Notes under the pieces: model-generated
Seen by the model: the letters and a program-made list of their open reading frames with translations, nothing else
Database searches by the model: none
Told to the model about the DNA's origin: nothing
Made by a program: the position numbers and the translations under genes
NCBI GenBank assembly: GCA_043228905.1
Contig: JBHGNT010000014.1
Coordinates: 21,001,784-21,065,783 of the forward strand
Direction of reading: 5' to 3'
Origin: Azolla caroliniana
Lineage: Eukaryota; Plantae; Polypodiophyta
Length of the DNA: 64,000 bases
In this document: positions 39,201 to 54,689 of the stretch, piece after piece
Position numbering within the stretch: position 1 is the stretch's first letter
Layout: every line of letters starts with the position of its first letter

Positions 39201-42200
39201 AAATTACCAAACATGAGGAGGGAGTTCAGAGGAGCCCTTGAGTAAATTAAAATGTTCATACCTGGGGAGTGTGATATCGGATTTTTGTGTTCAAGCATGC
39301 GAATCGAAGCTAACAACGCTAGCTATGATATGGAATTAAAAAATCAAGATTTTGAAACTCAGGTCGAGAGATATGACGAAATTACCAAATTTGAGGAGTG
39401 AGTTGGGAAGAGCTTGTAGGTAAATTAAAATGTTCATACCTGGCTCGTGTGATATCGGATTTTTGTGTTCAAACATGCGAATCGAAGCTAACAATGCTAG
39501 CTATGATATGGAATTAAAAAATCAAGATTTTGAAACTCAGGTCGAAAGACATGACGAAATTACCAAACATGAGGAGGGAGTTCAGAGGAGCCCCTGAGTA
39601 AATTAAAATGTTCATACCTGGCTCATGTGATATCGGATTTTTGTGTTCAAGCATGCGAATCGAAGGTAACAACGCTAGCTATGATATAGAATTAAAAAAT
39701 CAAGATTTTGAAACTCAGGTCGAGAGATATGACGAAATTACCAAATTTGAGGAGTGAGTTGGGAAGAGCTTGTAGGTAAATTAAAATGTTCATACCTGGC
39801 TCGTGTGATATCGGATTTTTGTGTTCAAACATGCGAATCGAAGCTAACAATGCTAGCTATGATATGGAATTAAAAAATCAAGATTTTGAAACTCAGGTCG
39901 AAAGACATGACGAAATTACCAAACATGAGGAGGGAGTTCAGAGGAGCCCCTGAGTAAATTAAAATGTTCATACCTGGCTCATGTGATATCGGATTTTTGT
40001 GTTCAAGCATGCGAATCGAAGGTAACAACGCTAGCTATGATATGGAATTAAAAAATCAAGATTTTGAAACTCAGGTCGAGAGATATGACGAAATTACCAA
40101 ATTTGAGGAGTGAGTTGGGAAGAGCTTGTAGGTAAATTAAAATGTTCATACCTGGCTCGTGTGATATCGGATTTTTGTGTTGAAGCCTGCAAATCGAAGC
40201 TAACAACGCTAGCTATGATATGGAATTAAAAAATCAAGATTTTGAAACTCAGGTCGAGAGACATGACGAAATTACCAAACATGAGGAGGGAGTTCAGAGG
40301 AGCCCTTGAGTAAATTAAAATGTTCATACCTGGCTCGTGTGATATCGGATTTTTGTATTCAAACATGCGAATCGAAGCTAACAATGCGAGCTATGATATG
40401 GAATTAAAAAATCAAGAGTTTGAAACTCAGGTCGAGAGACATGACGAAATTACCAAATTTGAAGAGTGAGTTGGGAAGAGCTAGTTGGTAAATTAAAATG
40501 TTCATACCTGGCTCGTGTGATATCGGATTTTTGTGTTCAAACATGCGAATCGAAATTAGCAATGCTAGCTATGATATGGAATTAAAAAATCAAGATTTTG
40601 AAACTCAGGTCGAGAGACATGACGAAATTACCAATTTTGAGGAGTGAGTTGGGAAGAGCTAGTAGGTAAATTAAAATGTTCATACCTGGCTCGTGTGATA
40701 TCGGATTTTTGTGTTCAAACATGCGATTCGAAGCTAACAACACTAGCTATGATATGGAATTAAAAAATCAAGATTTTGAAACTCAGGTCGAGAGACATGA
40801 CGAAATTACCAAATTTGAGGAATGAGTTGGGAAGAGCTAGTAGGTAAATTAAAATGTTCATACCTGGCTCGTGTGATATCGGATTTTTGTGTTCAAACAT
40901 TGGAATCGAAGCTAACAATGCTAGCTATGATATGGAATTAAAAAATCAAGATTTTGAAACTCAGGTCGAGAGACATGACGAAATTACCAAACATGAGGAG
41001 GGAGTTCAGAGGAGCCCTTGAGTAAATTAAAATGTTCATACCTGGGGAGTGTGATATCGGATTTTTGTGTTCAAGCATGCGAATCGAAGCTAACAATGCT
41101 AGCTATGATATGGAATTAAAAAATCAAGATTTTGAAACTCAGGTCGAGAGACATGACGAAATTACCAAATTTGAGGGGTGAGTTGGGAAGAGCTAGTTGG
41201 TAAATTAAAATGTTAAGACCTGGGGAGTGTGATATCGGAATTTTGTGTTCAAACATGCGAATTTAAGCTAATAATGCTAGCTATGATATGGAACTAAAAA
41301 ATCAAGATTTTGAAACTCAGGTCGAGAGACATGATGGAATTAAAAAATTTGAGGAGTGAGTTGGGAAGAGCTAGTTGGTAAATTAAAATGTTCATACCTG
41401 GCGAGTGTGATATCGGATTTATGTGTTTAAACATGCGAATCGAAGCTAACAACGCTAGCTATGATATGGAATTAAAAAATCAAGATTTTGAAACTCAGGT
41501 CGAGAGACATGACGAAATTACCAAATTTGAGGCGTGAGTTGGGAAGAGCTAGTTGGTAAATTAAAATGTTAAGACCTGGGGAGTGTGATATCGGAATTTT
41601 GTGTTCAAACATGCGAATCGAAGCTAATAATGCTAGCTATGATATGGAACTAAAAAATCAAGATTTTGAAACTCAGGTCGAGAGACATGATGGAATTAAA
41701 AAATTTGAGGAGTGAGTTGGGAAGAGCTAGTTGGTAAATTAAAATGTTCATACCTGGCGAGTGTGATATCGGATTTATGTGTTCAAACATGCGAATCGAA
41801 GCTAACAACGCTAGCTATGATATGGAATTAAAAAATCAAGATTTTGAAACTCAGGTCGAGAGACATGACGAAATTACCAATTTTGAGGAGTGAGTTGGGA
41901 AGAGCTCGTTGATAAATTAAAATGTTCATACCTGGCTCGTGTGATATCGGATTTTTGTGTTCAAACATGCGAATCGAAGCTAACAATGCTAGCTATGATA
42001 TGGAATTAAAAAATCAAGATTTTGAAACTCAGGTCGAGAGACATGACGAAATTACCAAATTTGAGGAGTGAGTTGGGAAGAGCTAGTTGGTAAATTAAAA
42101 TGTTCATACCTGGCTCGTGTGATATCGGATTTTTGTGTTCAAACATGCGAATCGAAGCTAACAATGCTAGCTATGATATGGAATTAAAAAATCAAGATTT

Positions 42201-45200
42201 TGAAACTCAGGTCGAGAGACATGACGAAATTACCAAACATGAGGAGGGAGTTCAGAGGAGCCCTTGAGTAAATTAAAATGTTCATACCTGGCTCGTGTGA
42301 TATCGGATTTTTGTGTTCAAGCATGCGAATCGAAGCTAACAATGCTAGCTATGATATGGAATTAAAAAATCAAGATTTTGAAACACAGGTCGAGAGACAT
42401 GACGAAATTACCAAATTTGAGGAGTGAGTTGGGAAGAGCTAGTTGGTAAATTAAAATGTTAAGACCTGGGGAGTGTGATATCGGAATTTTGTGTTCAAAC
42501 ATGCGAATCGAAGCTAATAATGCTAGCTATGATATGGAACTAAAAAATCAAGATTTTGAAACTCAGGTCGAGAGACATGATGGAATTAAAAAATTTGAGG
42601 AGTGAGTCTGGAAGAGCTAGTTGGTAAATTAAAATGTTCATACCTGGCGAGTGTGATATCGGATTTATGTGTTCAAACATGCGAATCGAAGCTAACAACG
42701 CTAGCTATGATATGGAATTAAAAAATCAAGATTTTGAAACTCAGATCGAGAGACATGACGAAATTACCAAATTTGAGGAATGAGTTGGGAAGAGCTAGTA
42801 GGTAAATTAAAATGTTCATACCTGGCTCGTGTGATATCGGATTTTTGTGTTCAAACATGCGAATCGAAGCTAACAATGCTAGCTATGATATGGAATTAAA
42901 AAATCAAGATTTTGAAACTTAGGTCGAGAGAGATGACGAAATTACCAAACATGAGGAGGGAGTTCAGAGGAGCCCTTGAGTAAATTAAAATGTTCATACC
43001 TGGGGAGTGTGATATCGGATTTTTGTGTTCAAGCATGCGAATCGAAGCTAACAACGCTAGCTATGATATGGAATTAAAAAATCAAGATTTTGAAACTCAG
43101 GTCGAGAGATATGACGAAATTACCAAATTTGAGGAGTGAGTTGGGAAGAGCTTGTAGGTAAATTAAAATGTTCATACCTGGCTCGTGTGATATCGGATTT
43201 TTGTGTTCAAACATGCGAATCGAAGCTAACAATGCTAGCTATGATATGGAATTAAAAAATCAAGATTTTGAAACTCAGGTCGAGAGACATGACGAAATTA
43301 CCAAACATGAGGAGGGAGTTCAGAGGAGCCCTTGAGTAAATTAAAATGTTCATACCTGGGGAGTGTGATATCGGATTTTTGTGTTCAAGCATGCGAATCG
43401 AAGCTAACAACGCTAGCTATGATATGGAATTAAAAAATCAAGATTTTGAAACTCAGGTCGAGAGATATGACGAAATTACCAAATTTGAGGAGTGAGTTGG
43501 GAAGAGCTTGTAGGTAAATTAAAATGTTCATACCTGGCTCGTGTGATATCGGATTTTTGTGTTCAAACATGCGAATCGAAGCTAACAATGCTAGCTATGA
43601 TATGGAATTAAAAAATCAAGATTTTGAAACTCAGGTCGAAAGACATGACGAAATTACCAAACATGAGGAGGGAGTTCAGAGGAGCCCCTGAGTAAATTAA
43701 AATGTTCATACCTGGCTCATGTGATATCGGATTTTTGTGTTCAAGCATGCGAATCGAAGGTAACAACGCTAGCTATGATATAGAATTAAAAAATCAAGAT
43801 TTTGAAACTCAGGTCGAGAGATATGACGAAATTACCAAATTTGAGGAGTGAGTTGGGAAGAGCTTGTAGGTAAATTAAAATGTTCATACCTGGCTCGTGT
43901 GATATCGGATTTTTGTGTTCAAACATGCGAATCGAAGCTAACAATGCTAGCTATGATATGGAATTAAAAAATCAAGATTTTGAAACTCAGGTCGAAAGAC
44001 ATGACGAAATTACCAAACATGAGGAGGGAGTTCAGAGGAGCCCCTGAGTAAATTAAAATGTTCATACCTGGCTCATGTGATATCGGATTTTTGTGTTCAA
44101 GCATGCGAATCGAAGGTAACAACGCTAGCTATGATATGGAATTAAAAAATCAAGATTTTGAAACTCAGGTCGAGAGATATGACGAAATTACCAAATTTGA
44201 GGAGTGAGTTGGGAAGAGCTTGTAGGTAAATTAAAATGTTCATACCTGGCTCGTGTGATATCGGATTTTTGTGTTGAAGCCTGCAAATCGAAGCTAACAA
44301 CGCTAGCTATGATATGGAATTAAAAAATCAAGATTTTGAAACTCAGGTCGAGAGACATGACGAAATTACCAAACATGAGGAGGGAGTTCAGAGGAGCCCT
44401 TGAGTAAATTAAAATGTTCATACCTGGCTCGTGTGATATCGGATTTTTGTATTCAAACATGCGAATCGAAGCTAACAATGCGAGCTATGATATGGAATTA
44501 AAAAATCAAGAGTTTGAAACTCAGGTCGAGAGACATGACGAAATTACCAAATTTGAAGAGTGAGTTGGGAAGAGCTAGTTGGTAAATTAAAATGTTCATA
44601 CCTGGCTCGTGTGATATCGGATTTTTGTGTTCAAACATGCGAATCGAAATTAGCAATGCTAGCTATGATATGGAATTAAAAAATCAAGATTTTGAAACTC
44701 AGGTCGAGAGACATGACGAAATTACCAATTTTGAGGAGTGAGTTGGGAAGAGCTAGTAGGTAAATTAAAATGTTCATACCTGGCTCGTGTGATATCGGAT
44801 TTTTGTGTTCAAACATGCGATTCGAAGCTAACAACACTAGCTATGATATGGAATTAAAAAATCAAGATTTTGAAACTCAGGTCGAGAGACATGACGAAAT
44901 TACCAAATTTGAGGAATGAGTTGGGAAGAGCTAGTAGGTAAATTAAAATGTTCATACCTGGCTCGTGTGATATCGGATTTTTGTGTTCAAACATTGGAAT
45001 CGAAGCTAACAATGCTAGCTATGATATGGAATTAAAAAATCAAGATTTTGAAACTCAGGTCGAGAGACATGACGAAATTACCAAACATGAGGAGGGAGTT
45101 CAGAGGAGCCCTTGAGTAAATTAAAATGTTCATACCTGGGGAGTGTGATATCGGATTTTTGTGTTCAAGCATGCGAATCGAAGCTAACAATGCTAGCTAT

Positions 45201-45600
45201 GATATGGAATTAAAAAATCAAGATTTTGAAACTCAGGTCGAGAGACATGACGAAATTACCAAATTTGAGGGGTGAGTTGGGAAGAGCTAGTTGGTAAATT
45301 AAAATGTTAAGACCTGGGGAGTGTGATATCGGAATTTTGTGTTCAAACATGCGAATTTAAGCTAATAATGCTAGCTATGATATGGAACTAAAAAATCAAG
45401 ATTTTGAAACTCAGGTCGAGAGACATGATGGAATTAAAAAATTTGAGGAGTGAGTTGGGAAGAGCTAGTTGGTAAATTAAAATGTTCATACCTGGCGAGT
45501 GTGATATCGGATTTATGTGTTTAAACATGCGAATCGAAGCTAACAACGCTAGCTATGATATGGAATTAAAAAATCAAGATTTTGAAACTCAGGTCGAGAG
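35800..45600. repeat. 23-mer (4094 bp) tandem duplication whose first copy contains a 9-mer (1602 bp) duplication at ~37590-40790
   Basis: CAAGAGTTTG at 38811/40413/44507 (offsets 1602 and 4094); GAGGCG at 35833/41529 (offset 5696 = 32x178). Confidence 0.86.
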
Positions 45601-48600
45601 ACATGACGAAATTACCAATTTTGAGGAATGAGTTGGGAAGAGCTAGTAGGTAAATTAAAATGTTCATACCTGGCTCGTGTGATATCGGATTTTTGTGTTC
45701 AAACATGCGAATCGAAGCTAACAATGCTAGCTATGATATGGAATTAAAAAATCAAGATTTTGAAACTCAGGTCGAGAGACATGACGAAATTACCAAATTT
45801 GAGGAATGAGTTGAGAAGAGCTAGTAGGTAAATTAAAATGTTCAGACCTGGGGAGTGTGATATCGGAATTTTGTGTTCAAACATGCGAATCGAAGCTAAT
45901 AATGCTAGCTATGATATGGAATTAAAAAATCAAGATTTTGAAACGCAGGTCGAGAGACATGATGGAATTAAAAAATTTGAGGAGTGAGTTGGGAAGAGCT
46001 AGTTGGTAAATTAAAATGTTCATACCTAGCTCGTGTGATATCGGATTTTTGTGTTCAAACATGCGATTCGAAGCTAACAACACTAGCTATGATATGGAAT
46101 TAAAAAATCAAGATTTTGAAACTCAGGTCGAGAGACATGACGAAATTGCCAAATTTGAGGAATGAGTTGGGAAGAGCTAGTAGGTAAATTAAAATGTTCA
46201 TACCTGGCTCGTGTGATATCGGATTTTTGTGTTCAAACATGCGAATCGAAGCTAACAATGCTAGCTATGATATGGAATTAAAAAATCAAGATTTTGAAAC
46301 TCAGGTCGAGAGACATGACGAAATTACCAAACATGAGGAGGGAGTTCAGAGGAGCCCTTGAGTAAATTAAAATGTTCATACCTGGGGAGTGTGATATCGG
46401 ATTTTTGTGTTCAAGCATGCGAATCGAAGCTAACAATGCTAGCTATGATATGGAATTAAAAAATCAAGATTTTGAAACTCAGGTCGAGAGACATGACGAA
46501 ATTACCAAATTTGAGGGGTGAGTTGGGAAGAGCTAGTTGGTAAATTAAAATGTTAAGACCTGGGGAGTGTGATATCGGAATTTTGTGTTCAAACATGCGA
46601 ATCGAAGCTAATAATGCTAGCTATGATATGGAACTAAAAAATCAAGATTTTGAAACTCAGGTCGAGAGACATGATGGAATTAAAAAATTTGAGGAGTGAG
46701 TTGGGAAGAGCTAGTTGGTAAATTAAAATGTTCATACCTGGCGAGTGTGATATCGGATTTATGTGTTCAAACATGCGAATCGAAGCTAACAACGCTAGCT
46801 ATGATATGGAATTAAAAAATCAAGATTTTGAAACTCAGGTCGAGAGACATGACGAAATTACCAAATTTGAGGAATGAGTTGGGAAGAGCTAGTAGGTAAA
46901 TTAAAATGTTCATACCTGGCTCGTGTGATATCGGATTTTTGTGTTCAAACATGCGAATCGAAGCTAACAATGCTAGCTATGATATGGAATTAAAAAATCA
47001 AGATTTTGAAACTCAGGTCGAGAGACATGACGAAATTACCAAACATGAGGAGGGAGTTCAAAGGAGCCCTTGAGTAAATTAAAATGTTCATACCTGGGGA
47101 GTGTGATATCGGATTTTTGTGTTCAAGCATGCGAATCGAAGCTAACAACGCTAGCTATGATATGGAATTAAAAAATCAAGATTTTGAAACCCAGGTCGAG
47201 AGACATGACGAAATTACCAAATTTGAGGAGTGAGTTGGGAAGAGCTCGTTGATAAATTAAAATGTTCATACCTGGCTCGTGTGATATCGGATTTTTGTGT
47301 TCAAACATGCGAATCGAAGCTAACAATGCTAGCTATGATATGGAATTAAAAAATCAAGATTTTGAAACTCAGGTCGAGAGACATGACGAAATTACCAAAT
47401 TTGAGGAGTGAGTTGGGAAGAGCTAGTTGGTAAATTAAAATGTTCATACCTGGCTCGTGTGATATCGGATTTTTGTGTTCAAACATGCGAATCGAAGCTA
47501 ACAATGCTAGCTATGATATGGAATTAAAAAATCAAGATTTTGAAACTCAGGTCGAGAGACATGACGAAATTACCAAACATGAGGAGGGAGTTCAGAGGAG
47601 CCCTTGAGTAAATTAAAATGTTCATACCTGGCTCGTGTGATATCGGATTTTTGTGTTCAAACATGCGAATCGAAGCTAGCAATGCTAGCTATGATATGTA
47701 ATTAAAAAATCAAGATTTTGAAACTCAGGTCGAGAGACATGACGAAATTACCAAATTTGAGGAATGAGTTGGGAAGAGCTAGTAGGTAAATTAAAATGTT
47801 CATATCTGGCTCGTGTGATATCGGATTTTTGTGTTCAAACATGCGAATCGAAGCTAACAATGCTAGCTATGATATGGAATTAAAAAATCAAGATTTTGAA
47901 ACTCAGGTCGAGAGACATGACGAAATTACCAATTTTGAGGAGTGAGTTGGGAAGAGCTAGTAGGTAAATTAAAATGTTCATAGCTGGCTCGTGTGATATC
48001 GGATTTTTGTGTTCAAACATGCGAATCGAAGCTAACAATGCTAGCTATGATATGGAATTAAGAAATCAAGATTTTGAAACTCAGGTCGAGACACATGACG
48101 AAATTACCAAATTTGAGGAGTGAGTTGGGAAGAGCTTGTAGGTAAATTAAAATGTTCATACCTGGCTCGTGTGATATCGGATTTTTGTATTCAAACATGC
48201 GAATCGAAGCTAACAATGCTAGCTATGATATGGAATTAAAAAATCAAGATTTTGAAACTCAGGTCGAGAGACATGACGAAATTACCAAATTTGAGGAGTG
48301 AGTTGGGAAGAGCTAGTTGGTAAATTAAAATGTTCATACCTGGCTCGTGTGATATCGGATTTTTGTGTTCAAACATGCGAATCGAAGCTAGCAATGCTAG
48401 CTATGATATGGAATTAAAAAATCAAGATTTTGAAACTCAGGTCGAGAGACATGACGAAATTACCAATTTTGAGGAGTGAGTTGGGAAGAGCTAGTAGGTA
48501 AATTAAAATGTTCATACCTGGCTCGTGTGATATCGGATTTTTGTGTTCAAACATGCGAATCAAAGCTAACAACACTAGCTATGATATGGAATTAAAAAAT

Positions 48601-51600
48601 CAAGATTTTGAAACTCAGGTCGAGAGACATGACGAAATTACCAAATTTGAGGAATGAGTTGGGAAGAGCTAGTAGGTAAATTAAAATGTTCATACCTGGC
48701 TCGTGTGATATCGGATTTTTGTGTTCAAACATGCGAATCGAAGCTAATAATGCTAGCTATGATATGGAATTAAAAAATCAAGATTTTGAAACTCAGGTCG
48801 AGAGACATGACGAAATTACCAAACATGAGGAGGGAGTTCAGAGGAGCCCTTGAGTAAATTAAAATGTTCATACCTGGGGAGTGTGATATCGGATTTTTGT
48901 GTTCAAGCATGCGAATCGAAGCTAACAATGCTAGCTATGATATGGAATTAAAAAATCAAGATTTTGAAACTCAGGTCGAGAGACATGACGAAATTACCAA
49001 ATTTGAGGCGTGAGTTGGGAAGAGCTAGTTGGTAAATTAAAATGTTAAGACCTGGGGAGTGTGATATCGGAATTTTGTGTTCAAACATGCGAATCGAAGC
49101 TAATAATGCTAGCTATGATATGGAACTAAAAAATCAAGATTTTGAAACTCAGGTCGAGAGACATGATGGAATTAAAAAATTTGAGGAGTGAGTTGGGAAG
49201 AGCTAGTTGGTAAATTAAAATGTTCATACCTGGTGAGTGTGATATCGGATTTATGTGTTCAAACATGCGAATCGAAGCTAACAACGCTAGCTATGATATG
49301 GAATTAAAAAATCAAGATTTTGAAACTCAGGTCGAGAGACATGACGAAATTACCAATTTTGAGGAGTGAGTTGGGAAGAGCTCGTTGATAAATTAAAATG
49401 TTCATACCTGGCTCGTGTGATATCGGATTTTTGTGTTCAAACATGCGAATCGAAGCTAGCAATGCTAGCTATGATATGGAATTAAAAAATCAAGATTTTG
49501 AAACTCAGGTCGAGAGACATGACGAAATTACCAATTTTGAGGAGTGAGTTGGGAAGAGCTAGTAGGTAAATTAAAATGTTCATACCTGGCTCGTGTGATA
49601 TCGGATTTTTGTGTTCAAACATGCGAATCAAAGCTAACAACACTAGCTATGATATGGAATTAAAAAATCAAGATTTTGAAACTCAGGTCGAGAGACATGA
49701 CGAAATTACCAAATTTGAGGAATGAGTTGGGAAGAGCTAGTAGGTAAATTAAAATGTTCATACCTGGCTCGTGTGATATCGGATTTTTGTGTTCAAACAT
49801 GCGAATCGAAGCTAATAATGCTAGCTATGATATGGAATTAAAAAATCAAGATTTTGAAACTCAGGTCGAGAGACATGACGAAATTACCAAACATGAGGAG
49901 GGAGTTCAGAGGAGCCCTTGAGTAAATTAAAATGTTCATACCTGGGGAGTGTGATATCGGATTTTTGTGTTCAAGCATGCGAATCGAAGCTAACAATGCT
50001 AGCTATGATATGGAATTAAAAAATCAAGATTTTGAAACTCAGGTCGAGAGACATGACGAAATTACCAAATTTGAGGCGTGAGTTGGGAAGAGCTAGTTGG
50101 TAAATTAAAATGTTAAGACCTGGGGAGTGTGATATCGGAATTTTGTGTTCAAACATGCGAATCGAAGCTAATAATGCTAGCTATGATATGGAACTAAAAA
50201 ATCAAGATTTTGAAACTCAGGTCGAGAGACATGATGGAATTAAAAAATTTGAGGAGTGAGTTGGGAAGAGCTAGTTGGTAAATTAAAATGTTCATACCTG
50301 GCGAGTGTGATATCGGATTTATGTGTTCAAACATGCGAATCGAAGCTAACAACGCTAGCTATGATATGGAATTAAAAAATCAAGATTTTGAAACTCAGGT
50401 CGAGAGACATGACGAAATTACCAATTTTGAGGAGTGAGTTGGGAAGAGCTCGTTGATAAATTAAAATGTTCATACCTGGCTCGTGTGATATCGGATTTTT
50501 GTGTTCAAACATGCGAATCGAAGCTAACAATGCTAGCTATGATATGGAATTAAAAAATCAAGATTTTGAAACTCAGGTCGAGAGACATGACGAAATTACC
50601 AAATTTGAGGAGTGAGTTGGGAAGAGCTAGTTGGTAAATTAAAATGTTCATACCTGGCTCGTGTGATATCGGATTTTTGTGTTCAAACATGCGAATCGAA
50701 GCTAACAATGCTAGCTATGATATGGAATTAAAAAATCAAGATTTTGAAACTCAGGTCGAGAGACATGACGAAATTACCAAACATGAGGAGGGAGTTCAGA
50801 GGAGCCCTTGAGTAAATTAAAATGTTCATACCTGGCTCGTGTGATATCGGATTTTTGTGTTCAAGCATGCGAATCGAAGCTAACAATGCTAGCTATGATA
50901 TGGAATTAAAAAATCAAGATTTTGAAACTCAGGTCGAGAGACATGACGAAATTACCAAATTTGAGGAGTGAGTTGGGAAGAGCTAGTTGGTAAATTAAAA
51001 TGTTAAGACCTGGGGAGTGTGATATCGGAATTTTGTGTTCAAACATGCGAATCGAAGCTAATAATGCTAGCTATGATATGGAACTAAAAAATCAAGATTT
51101 TGAAACTCAGGTCGAGAGACATGATGGAATTAAAAAATTTGAGGAGTGAGTCTGGAAGAGCTAGTTGGTAAATTAAAATGTTCATACCTGGCGAGTGTGA
51201 TATCGGATTTATGTGTTCAAACATGCGAATCGAAGCTAACAACGCTAGCTATGATATGGAATTAAAAAATCAAAATTTTGAAACTCAGATCGAGAGACAT
51301 GACGAAATTACCAAATTTGAGGAATGAGTTGGGAAGAGCTAGTAGGTAAATTAAAATGTTCATACCTGGCTCGTGTGATATCGGATTTTTGTGTTCAAAC
51401 ATGCGAATCGAAGCTAACAATGCTAGCTATGATATGGAATTAAAAAATCAAGATTTTGAAACTTAGGTCGAGAGAGATGACGAAATTACCAAACATGAGG
51501 AGGGAGTTCAGAGGAGCCCTTGAGTAAATTAAAATGTTCATACCTGGGGAGTGTGATATCGGATTTTTGTGTTCAAGCATGCGAATCGAAGCTAACAACG

Positions 51601-54600
51601 CTAGCTATGATATGGAATTAAAAAATCAAGATTTTGAAACTCAGGTCGAGAGATATGACGAAATTACCAAATTTGAGGAGTGAGTTGGGAAGAGCTTGTA
51701 GGTAAATTAAAATGTTCATACCTGGCTCGTGTGATATCGGATTTTTGTGTTCAAACATGCGAATCGAAGCTAACAATGCTAGCTATGATATGGAATTAAA
51801 AAATCAAGATTTTGAAACTCAGGTCGAGAGACATGACGAAATTACCAAACATGAGGAGGGAGTTCAGAGGAGCCCTTGAGTAAATTAAAATGTTCATACC
51901 TGGGGAGTGTGATATCGGATTTTTGTGTTCAAGCATGCGAATCGAAGCTAACAACGCTAGCTATGATATGGAATTAAAAAATCAAGATTTTGAAACTCAG
52001 GTCGAGAGATATGACGAAATTACCAAATTTGAGGAGTGAGTTGGGAAGAGCTTGTAGGTAAATTAAAATGTTCATACCTGGCTCGTGTGATATCGGATTT
52101 TTGTGTTCAAACATGCGAATCGAAGCTAACAATGCTAGCTATGATATGGAATTAAAAAATCAAGATTTTGAAACTCAGGTCGAAAGACATGACGAAATTA
52201 CCAAACATGAGGAGGGAGTTCAGAGGAGCCCCTGAGTAAATTAAAATGTTCATACCTGGCTCATGTGATATCGGATTTTTGTGTTCAAGCATGCGAATCG
52301 AAGGTAACAACGCTAGCTATGATATGGAATTAAAAAATCAAGATTTTGAAACTCAGGTCGAGAGATATGACGAAATTACCAAATTTGAGGAGTGAGTTGG
52401 GAAGAGCTTGTAGGTAAATTAAAATGTTCATACCTGGCTCGTGTGATATCGGATTTTTGTGTTCAAACATGCGAATCGAAGCTAACAATGCTAGCTATGA
52501 TATGGAATTAAAAAATCAAGATTTTGAAACTCAGGTCGAAAGACATGACGAAATTACCAAACATGAGGAGGGAGTTCAGAGGAGCCCCTGAGTAAATTAA
52601 AATGTTCATACCTGGCTCATGTGATATCGGATTTTTGTGTTCAAGCATGCGAATCGAAGGTAACAACGCTAGCTATGATATGGAATTAAAAAATCAAGAT
52701 TTTGAAACTCAGGTCGAGAGATATGACGAAATTACCAAATTTGAGGAGTGAGTTGGGAAGAGCTTGTAGGTAAATTAAAATGTTCATACCTGGCTCGTGT
52801 GATATCGGATTTTTGTGTTGAAGCCTGCAAATCGAAGCTAACAACGCTAGCTATGATATGGAATTAAAAAATCAAGATTTTGAAACTCAGGTCGAGAGAC
52901 ATGACGAAATTACCAAACATGAGGAGGGAGTTCAGAGGAGCCCTTGAGTAAATTAAAATGTTCATACCTGGCTCGTGTGATATCGGATTTTTGTATTCAA
53001 ACATGCGAATCGAAGCTAACAATGCGAGCTATGATATGGAATTAAAAAATCAAGAGTTTGAAACTCAGGTCGAGAGACATGACGAAATTACCAAATTTGA
53101 AGAGTGAGTTGGGAAGAGCTAGTTGGTAAATTAAAATGTTCATACCTGGCTCGTGTGATATCGGATTTTTGTGTTCAAACATGCGAATCGAAATTAGCAA
53201 TGCTAGCTATGATATGGAATTAAAAAATCAAGATTTTGAAACTCAGGTCGAGAGACATGACGAAATTACCAATTTTGAGGAGTGAGTTGGGAAGAGCTAG
53301 TAGGTAAATTAAAATGTTCATACCTGGCTCGTGTGATATCGGATTTTTGTGTTCAAACATGCGATTCGAAGCTAACAACACTAGCTATGATATGGAATTA
53401 AAAAATCAAGATTTTGAAACTCAGGTCGAGAGACATGACGAAATTACCAAATTTGAGGAATGAGTTGGGAAGAGCGAGTAGGTAAATTAAAATGTTCATA
53501 CCTGGCTCGTGTGATATCGGATTTTTGTGTTCAAACATTGGAATCGAAGCTAACAATGCTAGCTATGATATGGAATTAAAAAATCAAGATTTTGAAACTC
53601 AGGTCGAGAGACATGACGAAATTACCAAACATGAGGAGGGAGTTCAGAGGAGCCCTTGAGTAAATTAAAATGTTCATACCTGGGGAGTGTGATATCGGAT
53701 TTTTGTGTTCAAGCATGCGAATCGAAGCTAACAATGCTAGCTATGATATGGAATTAAAAAATCAAGATTTTGAAACTCAGGTCGAGAGACATGACGAAAT
53801 TACCAAATTTGAGGGGTGAGTTGGGAAGAGCTAGTTGGTAAATTAAAATGTTAAGACCTGGGGAGTGTGATATCGGAATTTTGTGTTCAAACATGCGAAT
53901 TTAAGCTAATAATGCTAGCTATGATATGGAACTAAAAAATCAAGATTTTGAAACTCAGGTCGAGAGACATGATGGAATTAAAAAATTTGAGGAGTGAGTT
54001 GGGAAGAGCTAGTTGGTAAATTAAAATGTTCATACCTGGCGAGTGTGATATCGGATTTATGTGTTTAAACATGCGAATCGAAGCTAACAACGCTAGCTAT
54101 GATATGGAATTAAAAAATCAAGATTTTGAAACTCAGGTCGAGAGACATGACGAAATTACCAATTTTGAGGAATGAGTTGGGAAGAGCTAGTAGGTAAATT
54201 AAAATGTTCATACCTGGCTCGTGTGATATCGGATTTTTGTGTTCAAACATGCGAATCGAAGCTAACAATGCTAGCTATGATATGGAATTAAAAAATCAAG
54301 ATTTTGAAACTCAGGTCGAGAGACATGACGAAATTACCAAATTTGAGGAATGAGTTGAGAAGAGCTAGTAGGTAAATTAAAATGTTCAGACCTGGGGAGT
54401 GTGATATCGGAATTTTGTGTTCAAACATGCGAATCGAAGCTAATAATGCTAGCTATGATATGGAATTAAAAAATCAAGATTTTGAAACGCAGGTCGAGAG
54501 ACATGATGGAATTAAAAAATTTGAGGAGTGAGTTGGGAAGAGCTAGTTGGTAAATTAAAATGTTCATACCTAGCTCGTGTGATATCGGATTTTTGTGTTC

Positions 54601-54689
54601 AAACATGCGATTCGAAGCTAACAACACTAGCTATGATATGGAATTAAAAAATCAAGATTTTGAAACTCAGGTCGAGAGACATGACGAAA

